A program made the translations under genes and the position numbers. A DNA stretch of 64,000 nucleotides. It comes from Macrostomum lignano. Taxonomy: Eukaryota. The DNA lies in contig NIVC01001155.1 of the NCBI GenBank assembly GCA_002269645.1, forward strand, positions 45,731 through 109,730, written 5' to 3'. The notes under the pieces are model-generated. The model made no database searches. It was given only the letters and a program-made list of their open reading frames with translations, and was not told the DNA's origin. Below, piece by piece: positions 34,563 to 46,151 of the stretch; within the stretch, counting starts at the first letter, position 1, and each line of letters starts with the position of its first letter.

Positions 34563-35845
34563 TACAACAGCAACAACAAAAAGGCGCAGTTAGCGTCACA
34601 GGGCGCGTCTAAGGTCCAGGTGGCGAACGAACGCCAACGCCGGCCGAATCCGGGCCGCCAGCGTCAGCCAGCAAGCAGTCGACGAAAAGCCGAGAGCGCG
34701 CCTGTCCCCGCCGGTAGGGTGCCTGCAGTGTCGGCAGCAGCATCTCCTGCACAGGTAGCGGGCAGTATGTCTCGGCGCGGATGATATGGCCTGCCAGCTG
34801 GAGTCACCGACGGCGCAGCAGGTCGCTTGGACGGAGCAGACCGGCCGGTTTTACAATACCGCGTTGGTCACTCGCTCGTAGCCGATCTTGAAGACGTCCG
34901 CGTCCAGGTTTCAATGTTGTACAACAGGACGGTTTCAACCACCGCCTGGAACAACGCCGCCCTCTGGCGGTCAGGTGGCCTCGGATTGCAGAACTGCCCC
35001 CGCAGAACGGAAGGCAGCCCAGGCAAGCCAGGAACCAGACCGCCGAGGCAGACAAACTGCTGACAACACGAGAGCTCCGCCACCTGTCCATCAGCGCATT
35101 GGTACAAAATCACAGCCTCGATGTCGTCCGGCACGCAGAGCACGACATTTTTCTGCATGTTGACCACCAGGCCGACACCACCAGGTCGACAGCAACTAGT
35201 AGCTTGTCCAGTTGTCGCTGGGTGCCCTCGACAGTTGAGGACAGCAGGGTGAGATCGTCGACGTAGCCAAGCACGCTGAGCCGTCTCTCCGGTTGACGTC
35301 GACCCACGCACCGCCGCAACAGAAAGCCGTCGTCGTTGGTAGGAAGAGCGATCCACACAACATCCAGTCAAGCACCAGAACGAATAGAACGGCGCAAGTG
35401 TATCTCCGAAGCGTACCCCGGAGGATGTCTCAAAGAAGTCCGATTTTTGTCTCAAAGAAGTCCGATAGGCCGTCCGGTGTTGAAACAGCAGCTTTCGTAT
35501 CGTAGTACATCGCCATGATGGCAGAAATCAGCTGCTCTGGCACGTTGTATGCACGGAGCACCTTTGGAAGCACGGACCTGACGACCGAGTCGAACGCCTT
35601 CTTGAAATCTATGAAGAAGACAATCAGGATCGATTGGCGCGTCCGCGTTTCCTCGATGACTCGCCGAAGAGCTAGGATCTGCGTCACTGTGCCACGATGG
35701 GGCCGGAAGCTGTACCACTTAGGACGTAGGAACGGATCCAGCACGGGCTGAAACCGCGTTAACAGCATCCGTTTGAACAACTTCGCAGCGCAGCGGCGGA
35801 TACTTTGATGCTCCTCAAGCTTTGTGGTGCCCGGCTTCTTATAGA
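34563..35845 (-). mobile_element. 5'-truncated, decayed RTE-like LINE with a short (TTG)n tail
   Basis: DFKKAFDSV, GVRFGDTLAPF, LGYVDDLTLL, GHIIRAETYCPLPVQ..RRGQARS; 3' end resembles that of the copy at 58080-59337. Confidence 0.85.
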
Positions 35846-35999
35846 AACTTCACATATATACTAATGGAAATCTGAAAAAATTAGGGAAGGGAAGGGCGAC
35901 ATTTAAGGCTACCCCACAAGCCTTTTGCTAGCCAAAAAGTTTCGTGCTTTTTACTTAGCTAATAAGTAGGCTACAGTAGATTCAATTAGCTAGAACTTG

Positions 36000-36232
36000 T
36001 CGTCTGGCAGTTGTCGGATGACAGTTTTCCGGCTGGCAGATTTTCTCGGCTGGCAATTGTCGACTGGCAATTGTCGACTGGCAGTTGTCGGCTGGCAGTT
36101 TTCCGGCTGGCAGTTTTCTCGGCTGGCAGTTGTCGGCTGGCAGTTGTCGGCTGGCAGTTGTCGACTGGCAGTTGTCGGCTGGCAGTTTTCCGGCTGGCAG
36201 TTGTCGGCTGGCAGTTTTCCGGCTGGCAGTTG
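36000..36232. repeat. Single arm of 14-bp subrepeats GGCTGGCAGTTGTC, related to the 32896-33338 foldback
   Basis: Shares GGCTGGCA and the arm-start GTCGTCTGGCA with 33107 onward. Confidence 0.75.
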
Positions 36233-36299
36233 GGGTGCTCCCGTAACAATCTGCGGAAAGTCTTCAATCACTGTGACATCTGCTCTAAGACCTGCAGAG

Positions 36300-36900
36300 T
36301 TCTACCACGCTGGCCTGGCTCACTAAATCGGTTGCCAACTACATTGTGGTCGCCAAGCCCGGCTACTTTTAGAGAGACGGTATCCCCTTGGCGCATCGTG
36401 ATTTTGGGGGGTCCCACAAGGCAGCAAGCTGTATTAGCCCTCTGTTGTTCGCATTTTACCTAAAGGATCTCCAGCACCGGATCCGCCTACCACTATCACG
36501 TACTGGATACGCCGACGAACTGGCCGCGACCTTGACCTCCGGTATGAAAATCGAGAGAAAGCTTAACGGCTACTTGGATCGACTGGTCCCCTTCCGGGAA
36601 AAGAAAAAAGCTCTACATCTCAACCAATAAATTCCGGTAACTCTGTTTACTGACATAAGGATCAACAACATACTTCTACCGATCACCACGTACCCGAAAA
36701 TCTTTGGGATGACTCTGGACCCTAAGCTTACTTTCGAACGGCACAGTACGCTCAGCGCCCAAAGGGCACGTACGTGCAACAGTGTTCAGAGCTCTCACCG
36801 CCTGGGGCTGCGATAAGGAGACGGGCGGGCCCAACACACATGTGAAGTGTGAGCCGCAATCGACAACATGCCAACTACCGATCTTCTCTCTTCTCTCTCA
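36300..36900 (+). mobile_element. Decayed RT 3' fragment of an I/Jockey-group-like LINE
   Basis: GVPQGS..ISPLLF, GYADELA, K.FGMTLDPKLTF, then a CT-rich 3' region; several frameshifts. Confidence 0.7.
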
Positions 36901-37497
36901 CCTTTTCCCATCGCATCTCTCATCTCGCCTCTCTTCTGTAAACTCTCATCTCCTCTTTATTCTTCTCTCTCCCCCCGTTCCCTCACCTTTCCACTCTCAT
37001 CTGGGTGGGTCTGGGTTGGCCCGGATTGGTCCGCCCCCATTGGGGAGTTTCACTTTCATATCAAGAGTATTCCCTGCTCAGGCTCAGCTGCCCTGCCTCG
37101 CTTATGCAAGCAACTTTTTTCTGTTCATTTTATTCGTCATTTTTTAATCATTGAGCTTGTAGAATTCGAGTGCACTAAATATATTCGGTTTTTCACAGGG
37201 GCATGTTCTCCCTTCCTTCGCCTGCCACGCCTTTGCTGCGCCCTTGCCTTTCTTCCTCCTTTCTTGCCTTTTGTCGTTCGTTAAAAGTACGTTACTGCAA
37301 TTCGGAAGAAATACTTTGAAGCGTTATACCTTCTCCAGTGTTCTTTTCCAAGAATTTTGCTACAATATAGCCATTTCGTACATTTCATGGTACTTGCTGG
37401 GTTCCCGTCGAGGTTCTGATCCCTAGCAGCTCTCTGATCAAAATTCAGAGACGATTGGACTCAGATTCTCGACTACTCGGTCGCTGAGACCTGCTGA

Positions 37498-40242
37498 ATG
37501 GCCGGTGTCGAGTGTCACTCAGGCTGGTTGCCTGAAGTCAATTGCGACAGTCGAGAGATCGAGAGAATTCTGAAAGAGCTACAAAATACAAACAATACAT
37601 GGATGAAAGGTTTCTGCCAGCTTGCTATTGCCCACCTGTATACTCTACCTGGCTTCTGTAATTTGACTGAAGCATGGAAGGCTCTGAATTCCGCCAGTCA
37701 GCCAGACGAAGAGGTAGAACATAACTTATTTACCCTACCGACCATTGACATTCGATTTCTTGCCACAGCAGTGAAACTAAGGCTTGAGAAAATGCAGCTA
37801 GGACACCCATCTAAGCACGAAGATTTAAAGAATGAATTAACGACTTTATGGGCAGCTCAGGATGAGTCGGTGAAGGCGACTTGCTTGGTTGCCAAAGGCT
37901 GGACGATGCACTGGTTTGCAGTCGGACCGCAGCGAGACGAAGTTTTGAAAGTGTGCCACAAAGCATTAAAGGATGCTCAAAAAAAATTAGCCACTATACC
38001 TGATGCTGCTGATCAATTGAGTCATGTAACATTTCTCTGTCTGTTCGAGCTGGCTTGTACATTTTTCCGACGGCGAAAAGATGAGCAGAAAATTTTTCAG
38101 GAAGAACTTGACCTGTGGACTACTTCCAAAATGTTATATGATGAAAACGAATGGAATCACCCGCTGTTTGAGCTTGAATTTCACAGGGCCGTCGCCTCCA
38201 TTCCGCTGTACTTTGATGACTGCAGAACTTTCGCCGATGAGAAGTATTGTGAAATCATGAATAAGTCTAGCTTGTTGAATCAACTCTTTGAAGCTTATTG
38301 CACTCTTCCGGAAATCTACGACGTGCTGAAGAAACAAAAAAAGGCAGAGATTTGGCACAGGATTTCGAAACTAAAGTAAGTAAATTGCTGGAAGAGGGAA
38401 CCAATTTCAACGAATGCGCGATGCGTAAAAGATTTTTGCGTCGAAGAATCGTGGCAGCTGATCTAGAGGACGCGATCGACATGCTCAAAAGTGAAGAGAA
38501 CGAGTACTGGTTTGCCAATAGACTCATCATGCTAGAATTAAAATTGTATTTTGCTGATGAATCGATGTTCTCTTCTTGATTCGTTGAAAATTTCATGCAA
38601 CGCTTCGAGTCTCTCTGCATTAATATTCCACTGAAGGCTTCAAAATTTCGCTTGAAAAAAGGCATATTTCTGTTGAAGTGCGGCAGAGTCAAAGAAGGAA
38701 TGCACAGCCTCACCTGGGCAATGAACGACTATCTGCATTCTCCGTTAAGCTTTGAGCCTTCTAACTTTGTTAAGCTAAAGGATGCAGAGTCGTTTTTGAA
38801 GGATTCTGGATCTGATTTTTATCTGATTTGGATTGAAAGTCAGTTTAAAACTGATTTTAAGACTTACCACGTCGATGACTCTATTCAAAAGTACCGGACT
38901 GAGTTCACAAGGAAAGATCTGACGAACGAACATCGCCATTTCATCAGTGAGCACATCGGAAGGCTGCTGATGCAGAAGTCGCAGTTTGAAAAGGCGGAGC
39001 AAATGTTCAGGTCTCTGCCTGACGCACTAGAGCACAAAAACGCAATGATTGCTGACTCTCTCTTGTGCCAGGCGGAGATTTTGTTGAGCGGTGATGACGC
39101 CACAGAAGTTTGCAAGGCCAAGCTACAGGAGTTTAAAGCACACCCAGATAATGCAGTTTACATAACCAGCATCGGGATGCGGCTGTACCTGCTGAACGAG
39201 TGTGCAAAGCTGGGCTGCAGAGACGCCATTCAAGAGGCGCTGCTTCTGCTGGAGGACATCCGGAAGCAGAGTGGCAGAGGTCACTTGTTGCAGCAAGCTC
39301 CAAACCATTTGTTCGTGCACAGCACTTGCGTTTACGAGTTCTGCTCCCGGCTGCTTCAGCTGAGAGAGCAGGGCTTCCAAATTGAGCGAAGAAAAAGCTT
39401 TGTAGATTCTAGCGGTGACCAGATGGGTGACATGCTAGACAAAGTAGAGCAAATCTTGGCCACTGAGTTGTATCCAAGAAAAATTCGACTGAAAATGACA
39501 CAGCTGGGCTTGAAGTATGAATCAGTAGAGGAAATGCTTCAGAGTCCCGAGGCTGAGCGCAGCATTTGGCACACGCTGGAGGAGTCCCGAAAAGCACTCG
39601 ATAGCTTCTGGGCTCAATTCGTCTCTAAATTGGAGAAGCAGGAAGTTGTCTCCGAGTCGAAGAGCGTTCCGAGATATTACCCATTTGCCCGCCATAGGCG
39701 GGCATCAGAGATTTGCTGTGTGACAACTAAGTCATCATTACCTACATTTGCAACACAGAATTGCCTCTTATATGTGGCTTGTAATCCAACATGCTCAATT
39801 AAATTTAGACACGTGGCCTCAGGAGCTGCGAGCACTGATTGACCGAATCCAGCCTCAGCCACAGCCGAGGCAACAGCAGCAGCAGAGACCATCCCAGCCG
39901 TCTTTTCGCTCTCCTTCGCAGCATGAGGCGCTGGCGGGGATTAGGGATCGGGATGCTTTCTACTCAACACAACATCAAGGAAGTTGGCGGTCAGCAATGG
40001 GTCAGTGCAGGGCTGCGCCATCTGCTGCTAAAGGTGAGGACGCTCTTGACTCATCACAACAGCAAGGAAGTTGGCGGTCAGCAATGGGTCAGCGCAGGGC
40101 TGCGCCATCTGCTGCTGAAGGTGGGGACGCTCTTGACTCATCACAACAGCAAGGAAGTTGGCGGTCAGCAATGGGTCAGCGCAGGGCTGCGCCATCTGCT
40201 GCTGAAGGTGGGGACGCTCTTGACTCACCGCAACAGCAATGA
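37498..40242 (+). pseudogene. Copy A of the helical/TPR-like gene; zinc-finger exons deleted
   Basis: ORFs 37498-38379, 38298-38579 and 38595-39842; homology to copy B breaks at 39697 and resumes at 39704 (B 54244); terminal exon from about 39810 carries 87-bp repeats. Confidence 0.75.
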
Positions 40243-40535
40243 AGTCGGCCGCAAACAACATCAGGTCAGCAGAAGGACAAAATTCGCGACACAGAGAAGT
40301 CAGAGGGCCAGCAGAGCACTAAAAGCAACGGATTTGAGGATCCCCCTGAAGACGAAGGATAAGCAATGCTTTAAAATGACTGTCTTTGCTGAATTTTTCC
40401 TGACTACTAAACTTGTACTTCCCCAAACTTCAGCGAATGATTATTCAGTAAAGCCACTGATTCAAAATCAGGCGTCCAATTTAAGGTAGCTAGCTAATCG
40501 TTAGCTGCAGCTTAAGGGCAGCGCAGCTTTGTCTT

Positions 40536-40551
40536 AATAAAATTCAATAAA
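40536..40551 (+). promoter_or_regulatory. Two AATAAA poly(A) signals downstream of copy A (single equivalent at 54974-54979 in copy B)
   Basis: Conserved position about 300-370 nt after the stop in both copies. Confidence 0.55.
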
Positions 40552-40562
40552 ACACTGATTAA

Positions 40563-41804
40563 CAGTAGGAATACCAAGCCATTTTTCCGCCCGTCGAACT
40601 ATCAAGGGGGGGGGGAAATTTCCCCCCCCTGACAATTTTTTTTGCTGCGCCGGAACGGAGCAACGCAGGCACACGAAATTCAAGAACACGGGCTAACTTT
40701 TTGTTGCGCACCTTCTCAAACAAGAATCAAGTCGCCAGCCCTCCGGACCGTCGAGATATTCGACGATTCTGCCAGAAGGTCGGATTTTTCCCATAAGCGC
40801 TAGTGTATTCAGTACACCCCTGTGCGCCAATCAGCACTGCGCCTCAGTGCAGCCTTGCCAAGTCTCCAAATTTCATCAGCACGTCGACCACATGTGTCTG
40901 CATCAGTTCTGACTTCGTTGGTCACTAGCCTTCACCCAGGTGGAGCTTCTGGACCCTCAACAGCTGTGGCACCAGGTGACTATGGACACCCTGATGCGGA
41001 TTTCTCTAGTTTCGCCGATCAAGCCTCGACAGTGGGCAAGAATCAACCGTCAGACATTCTCAGCTAGTCTCTCAAGCATTCCGTCATCATCCCGACGCAT
41101 CAGGTGTCCTTGCTCACCTCGTGCCACCTGTTGAAGGTGCCGACGGTGTCGGGGTGATGACTGAAGGCTCCAGAGACTGGCTGAGAATGTCTGACGGTTG
41201 ATTCTTGCCCACTGTCGAGGCTTGATCGGCGAAACTAGACAGATTCTTATCAGGCTGTCCATAGTCACCTGGTGTAATGTGTTGAAGGAGCCGACGGCGT
41301 CGGGATGATGACGGAATGCTTGAGAGACTAGCTGAGAATGTCTGACGGTTGATTCTTGCCCACTGTCGAGGCTTGATCGGCGAAACTAGAGAAATCCGCA
41401 TCAGGGTGTCCATAGTCACCTGGTGCCACAGCTGTTGAGGGTCCAGAAGCTCCACCTGGGTGAAGGCTAGTGACCAATGAAGTCAGAACTGATGCAGACA
41501 CATGCGGTCGACGTGCTGAGGAAATTTGGAGACTTGGCAAGGCTGCACTGAGGCGCAGTGCTGATTGGCGCACAGGGGTGTACTGAATACACTAGCGCTT
41601 ATGGGAAAAATCCGACCTTCTGGCAGAATCGTCGAATATCTCGACGGTCCGGAGGGCTGGCGACTTGATTCTTGTTTGAGAAGGTGCGCAACAAAAAGTT
41701 AGCACGTGTTCTTGAATTTCGTGTGCCTGCGTTGCTCCGTTCCGGCGCAGCAAAAAAAATTGTCAGGGGGGGGGGAAATTTCCCCCCCCTTGGTAGTTCT
41801 ACTG
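40563..41804. mobile_element. 1242-bp palindromic non-autonomous DNA element inserted at TTAA
   Basis: TTAA|CAGTAG...CTACTG|TTAA; ~490-bp inverted arms (about 40605-41097 and 41297-41790); absent from copy B, whose empty site reads CTGATTGATG at about 54995. Confidence 0.9.
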
Positions 41805-41962
41805 TTAATGACATCAACCAAACCTAACCAAAATGTACTCACGACTTGATCAGACCCGGATCTCCCACTGTATTCTATCAATCTGGTCGTTCTATATTCG
41901 TGCGTTGGATTAAATTTGGCATACAAAGTGAACAAAAGGCCAAGAAAAGCAAAATTCAATTG

Positions 41963-42275
41963 GGCCTGGCCATAGACTGCAGACACGTATTTATTCCTCA
42001 CTTGGGCCCAGCCATAGACTGCAGACACGTATTTATTCCCCACTTGGGCCTGGTCATAGACTGCAGACACGTATTTATTCCCCACTTGGGCCCAGCCATA
42101 GACTGCAGACACGTATTTATTCCCCACTTGAGCCTGGCCATAGACTGCAGACACGTATTTATTCCCCACTTGGGCCCAGCCATAGACTGCAGACACGTAT
42201 TTATTCCCCACTTGAGCCTGGCCATAGACTGCAGACACGTATTTATTCCCCACTTGGGCCCAGCTATAGACTACA
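41963..42275. repeat. 42-bp minisatellite GCCATAGACTGCAGACACGTATTTATTCCCCACTTGGGCCCA, about 7 units (copy A)
   Basis: Direct reading. Confidence 0.92.
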
Positions 42276-44099
42276 CAGAAGTATTTTTGCCTGGCGCAGT
42301 AAACCTCCAATGCTTAAATAATATTTTACTTTTTTTAACAGCTTTTTATCGGCTAGTCTATATTTACAAATATATATATGTGATGCAATATTACGTAATA
42401 ACCTTTAGTCCTCCACTATGTAGCAAGCGCCGCACAGTCTGTACTTAAATTTTTAGTTTTTTAGATTTTTAGATTTTTAAAAAGTTGTATTAAAGCACGA
42501 AACAGTTAAAATCTGGTTTTATTTTTCGAGTCTCCGGTTTAAAGTTTGTACTTTTTTTCGAAACTTTCGCTGGTCAAGCCAGTTTGTGGCAGTTTTTTAA
42601 AACCGTTGAAATTTGTTTTGATTTTTCCAGTCTCTGGTTTACAGTTTGTGTTTTTAGGTAGGTTTGTCAGTCAAGCCGTTTTTGGCAATCAATCACTAAC
42701 AATTAATTAATCCATAACTGTGAAATATCCTTTAACTCACTCCAAGCTTTAGCCCTTATTTATGGACTAATAGGTGTCAGGGTTAATAAGTGTTGTTTAA
42801 CTGATTATGGCTGTGGATAATTTTATGCTACTATTATTATTTTGCTCGTATTATATTATAACTACTATTTTATGTCTAGTCAGTTATCCTCAAGATTTTA
42901 ATATGCATACTAATTATTCATATAAACTAATATATCGATATATGAGGCTACCGCTATCCCCATCCGGATATGTCTGTCTCTGTCTACCTGTGTCGCAACG
43001 CTTATTGCGCAGCGGGAAAGGCACTTCAACATAAAGAGTCTAATATTGACGTTTTGAATTTTACTTTTGAAGCGACAGTATTACTGTAACCCTGAAGACG
43101 AAGAAAAAGAATGCCTTAGCTAGTTAGAGATTGTGTTTGCTGAATTTTTCCTGTCTACTAAAATTTTACTTGCACTTTAGGTTATTTGCCTAAATCTGTG
43201 GAATAGCTTCCCAAAATCTAAGCGAATGATTATCCAGTTAAGCCACTAAATAATAATTCAGACGTCAAATTACAATAGCTAACTTTTTGGCAGTTTTTAG
43301 AACATTTAAAATCTGTTTTCATTTTCTAATCTCTGCTTTACAGTTTTCCTTTTTCGCTACTTTTGCCATTCTAGCCAGTGTTTATGGCAGTTTTTAAACA
43401 CTAATAGGTGGGCAGGGTTAATAAGTGTTGCTTCACAGATTATGGCTGTGGATAATTTTTGGCTACTAATATTTTTATCATCATATGATTATCATCATCA
43501 TATTAATTATAAACTAATATATCGATATAAGGTTAACGCTATCCCTATCTGGATATGTCTACCTGTGTTGCAACGCTTATTGCGCAGCCGAAAAAAGCTT
43601 CAACAGAGTCTAATATTGATGTCTTGAATTTTACTTTTTAAGCAACAGTATTACTGTTGGTAGTACTACAGTAGCAGTAGTACTTCGCCCCTTCAACTGC
43701 ACACACTTGTGCTTGCTGATCAACGTCAGCAAATGCACTCTGTTGGAATGAGGTCCTTCCCAGCTGCTTCACAAGGATGTAGTGAATGTGTCGTCAGTGG
43801 AATGTCCATGCAAGATGTCTTCGAGCTATCGTAGATTCTCACTTTAAGATTTGTATCCAGTGCCTGTTCAACACGATGATGTCCTCTTGGTTCCATTGTT
43901 GTTTCTCTCATAGCTCGTATTAGGACTATATAAATATCGGATTGTGAGCTCTATATCTTACAATTTCTCGTGCCGGATTCGCGCCAGTCGCCACAGCCTG
44001 ATGAGCAGTGATGAATTGAGTTAGAAGCTGCTGGACGAGACTATGGATGTGCCATCATTTGATTTTGCCCACAGATACTAGAAGAACAACAATTGTTGT

Positions 44100-45110
44100 T
44101 CTAGTATCTGTGATTTTGCCTATTAATTGGCCTTGTTTGTTCTGATGTTCAATCTGTCTCGTGCCGCGGTGGAGTACTTGCTTCGACTTCTTATTCGAAT
44201 GGGTGTCAATGTTCCACCGTCTTTTTACCTATTAATGAAAGAAAATAGGCAGTGCGGCCCCTGTAGTGTCGCTATACCTGCGATGGTACTTTTTCTTACA
44301 TGCATGTCCATTCGATAGCACATCAAGTTTTAGATAAATCGTTGCTTTGCCTTAACGCACTGCCTGTTGAATCATCTGCCATTGTCATTGATGCCCTTAT
44401 TAATATCGACGGATTGCCTCTTTGCAAGAGCATGCAGTTCTGCGTCTCTTCGGCCCATGCTAATCCAGTTTGAAGGCTCTCATATTTCCTCTTGCTTTGT
44501 TCTATGGGTTTTCGAAGCCAAAGGTAGATAAGTACCTGAACAATTTTGTCAACGAAGTCCTTCTGTTGAGGCAGACTAGGTTTGAGTATAATGGTAAGCT
44601 TTTTAAGTTCGGTCATCTAACGTTCATTTGCGATGCTCCTGCGCGTGCTTTTATACAATGTATCGCTGTTCATACCTCTGCTAACGGTGTGACTATTGCC
44701 GAGTCATCGCCAAGAAAGAAAACAGTCGGATGCATGGTTTTCCCTATGTCCGTTTCTGCATCTAGAGAGGATGCTAAAAAAGAAGAAAATAACCAGCAAA
44801 GATTGTCGCAGCTTTGTAGCATTGCATCCCTGTTGACTGATTTCCCAGTAGACTATCAGCATTTCGTTTGTCTTGGAATTTTTAGGCGTCTGTGCAAGTT
44901 TTATTTTCAAAGCGTCAAGTCCTTTCGTCTTCGTTGTCGTATTTCAGTGCTCAGCTAACTGCATTTTCTGACAGTATCGCTGCTTGCAGTAAGTATTTTC
45001 CCTGTGAGTACTCCGAGGCGATTGGACAAGGAGCTGAGCAGCTATAGAAGCAACTGAATCTCGCTCTCTCATTCTTTACTGTGGCCCTTTTCTGTCCAAG
45101 GTCCTACTTG
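44100..45110 (+). pseudogene. Decayed CACTA/EnSpm (CMC)-like transposase fragment
   Basis: NIDGLP, LALFYG.SKP, FICDAPARAF, DYQHFVCLG motifs across several broken frames; no TIRs located. Confidence 0.7.
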
Positions 45111-45709
45111 CCTGCCCATACTTTGAGCCTTTTCTCATTCTACACTTTGCCTTTTTTGTCTTTACTTCCCATCAACTTAATCACTTGCACCAGCAGGCAG
45201 CCAGTGCCATTCAGTTGTTTGTTTTTCAGGAACGTGAGTTGTTTGGTTCTGGTTCCATTTTCTACAATTTTCATATTCTTTTGCATATTTTTGACTTTGC
45301 CTAGCGTTATGGGCCCTTGGACAGTTATTCAAATTTTTGTTTTGAAAACTACCTGGGAAGATTGAAGCGAAGAATCAGGCAAGTTTGAGGCATCTTTAGT
45401 CATGTCAATAGGCAAGTTGTGGCACTCAGAGAGTTGGATTAAGATAAGCGTGATCAGCGGCAATTTTTCCATAAGACCTCTGCACCAGACAACTGCTCAA
45501 ATGGGTAAATGCGTAAATGGCATGTACGTTTTGATTGATTTCATTAATGGTGATGGAACTGTCACTGGATCATCTCTCTTGTATTTCAGCGGGACTTGTA
45601 TGTTTACCCGCATAGCTCTCGTATCCTTAATATTGGCGTTTACGCACTTTCGCGGTCCAGAATTACGGGTGTACCACAGGGAAAGGCTATTACTTTTTCG
45701 AAGTTAGCC

Positions 45710-46025
45710 AGAAATTTTCTTCAGGAGGGATAGGCCGCCCCTACATAGAAATTTTCTTCAGGAGGGATAGGCCGCCCCTACATAGAAATTTTCTTCAGGA
45801 GGGATAGGCCGCCCCTACACAGAAATTTTCTTCAGGAGGGATAGGCCGCCCCTACATAGAAATTTTCTTCAGGAGGGATAGGCCGCCCCTGCATAGAAAT
45901 TTTCTTCAGGAGGGATAGGCCGCCCCTACATAGAAATTTTCTTCAGGAGGGATAGGCCGCCCCTACATAGAAATTTTCTTCAGGAGGGATAGGCCGCCCC
46001 TACATAGAAATTTTCTTCAGGGAGA
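45710..46025. repeat. 37-bp minisatellite AGAAATTTTCTTCAGGAGGGATAGGCCGCCCCTACAT, about 8.5 units
   Basis: Contiguous units without spacers. Confidence 0.95.
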
Positions 46026-46151
46026 ATAAGCCACCTCTATGGAGAAAAACATACTTCAAAAAACATTTTTAGACTTTTCGGGAGGTGCATCCCCCGGATA
46101 GCCCCCTCGCTGTCGGGCTTGATGTTTCCTGTTTCTTTCTTCGGGTGGGTT

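Larger units (their letters stand above)
37150..43955 (+). repeat. Segmental duplication copy A (partner 47855-56510); boundaries approximate
   Basis: Colinear homology of upstream region, gene, 3' flank, 42-bp minisatellite and downstream block; constant offset of 10647 across the long exon. Confidence 0.9.

Noticed and set aside
37440-37497. In-frame upstream extension DDWTQILDYSVAETC* before the ATG
   Set aside because: Could be a third nonsense lesion but is equally explained as an ordinary 5' UTR stop; cannot be decided here
38577-38579. Selenocysteine at the shared TGA
   Set aside because: No redox motif context and no SECIS recognised; the TGA-TTC context is also not the canonical TGA-CTA readthrough signal
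43990-44030. CTGATGAG hammerhead core candidates (also about 62277)
   Set aside because: No stem II followed by GAAA and no cleavage triplet
45710-46025. 37-bp repeats of CRISPR-like length (also the 28-bp and 42-bp arrays)
   Set aside because: Units are contiguous with no unique spacers, there are no cas genes, and the context is eukaryotic
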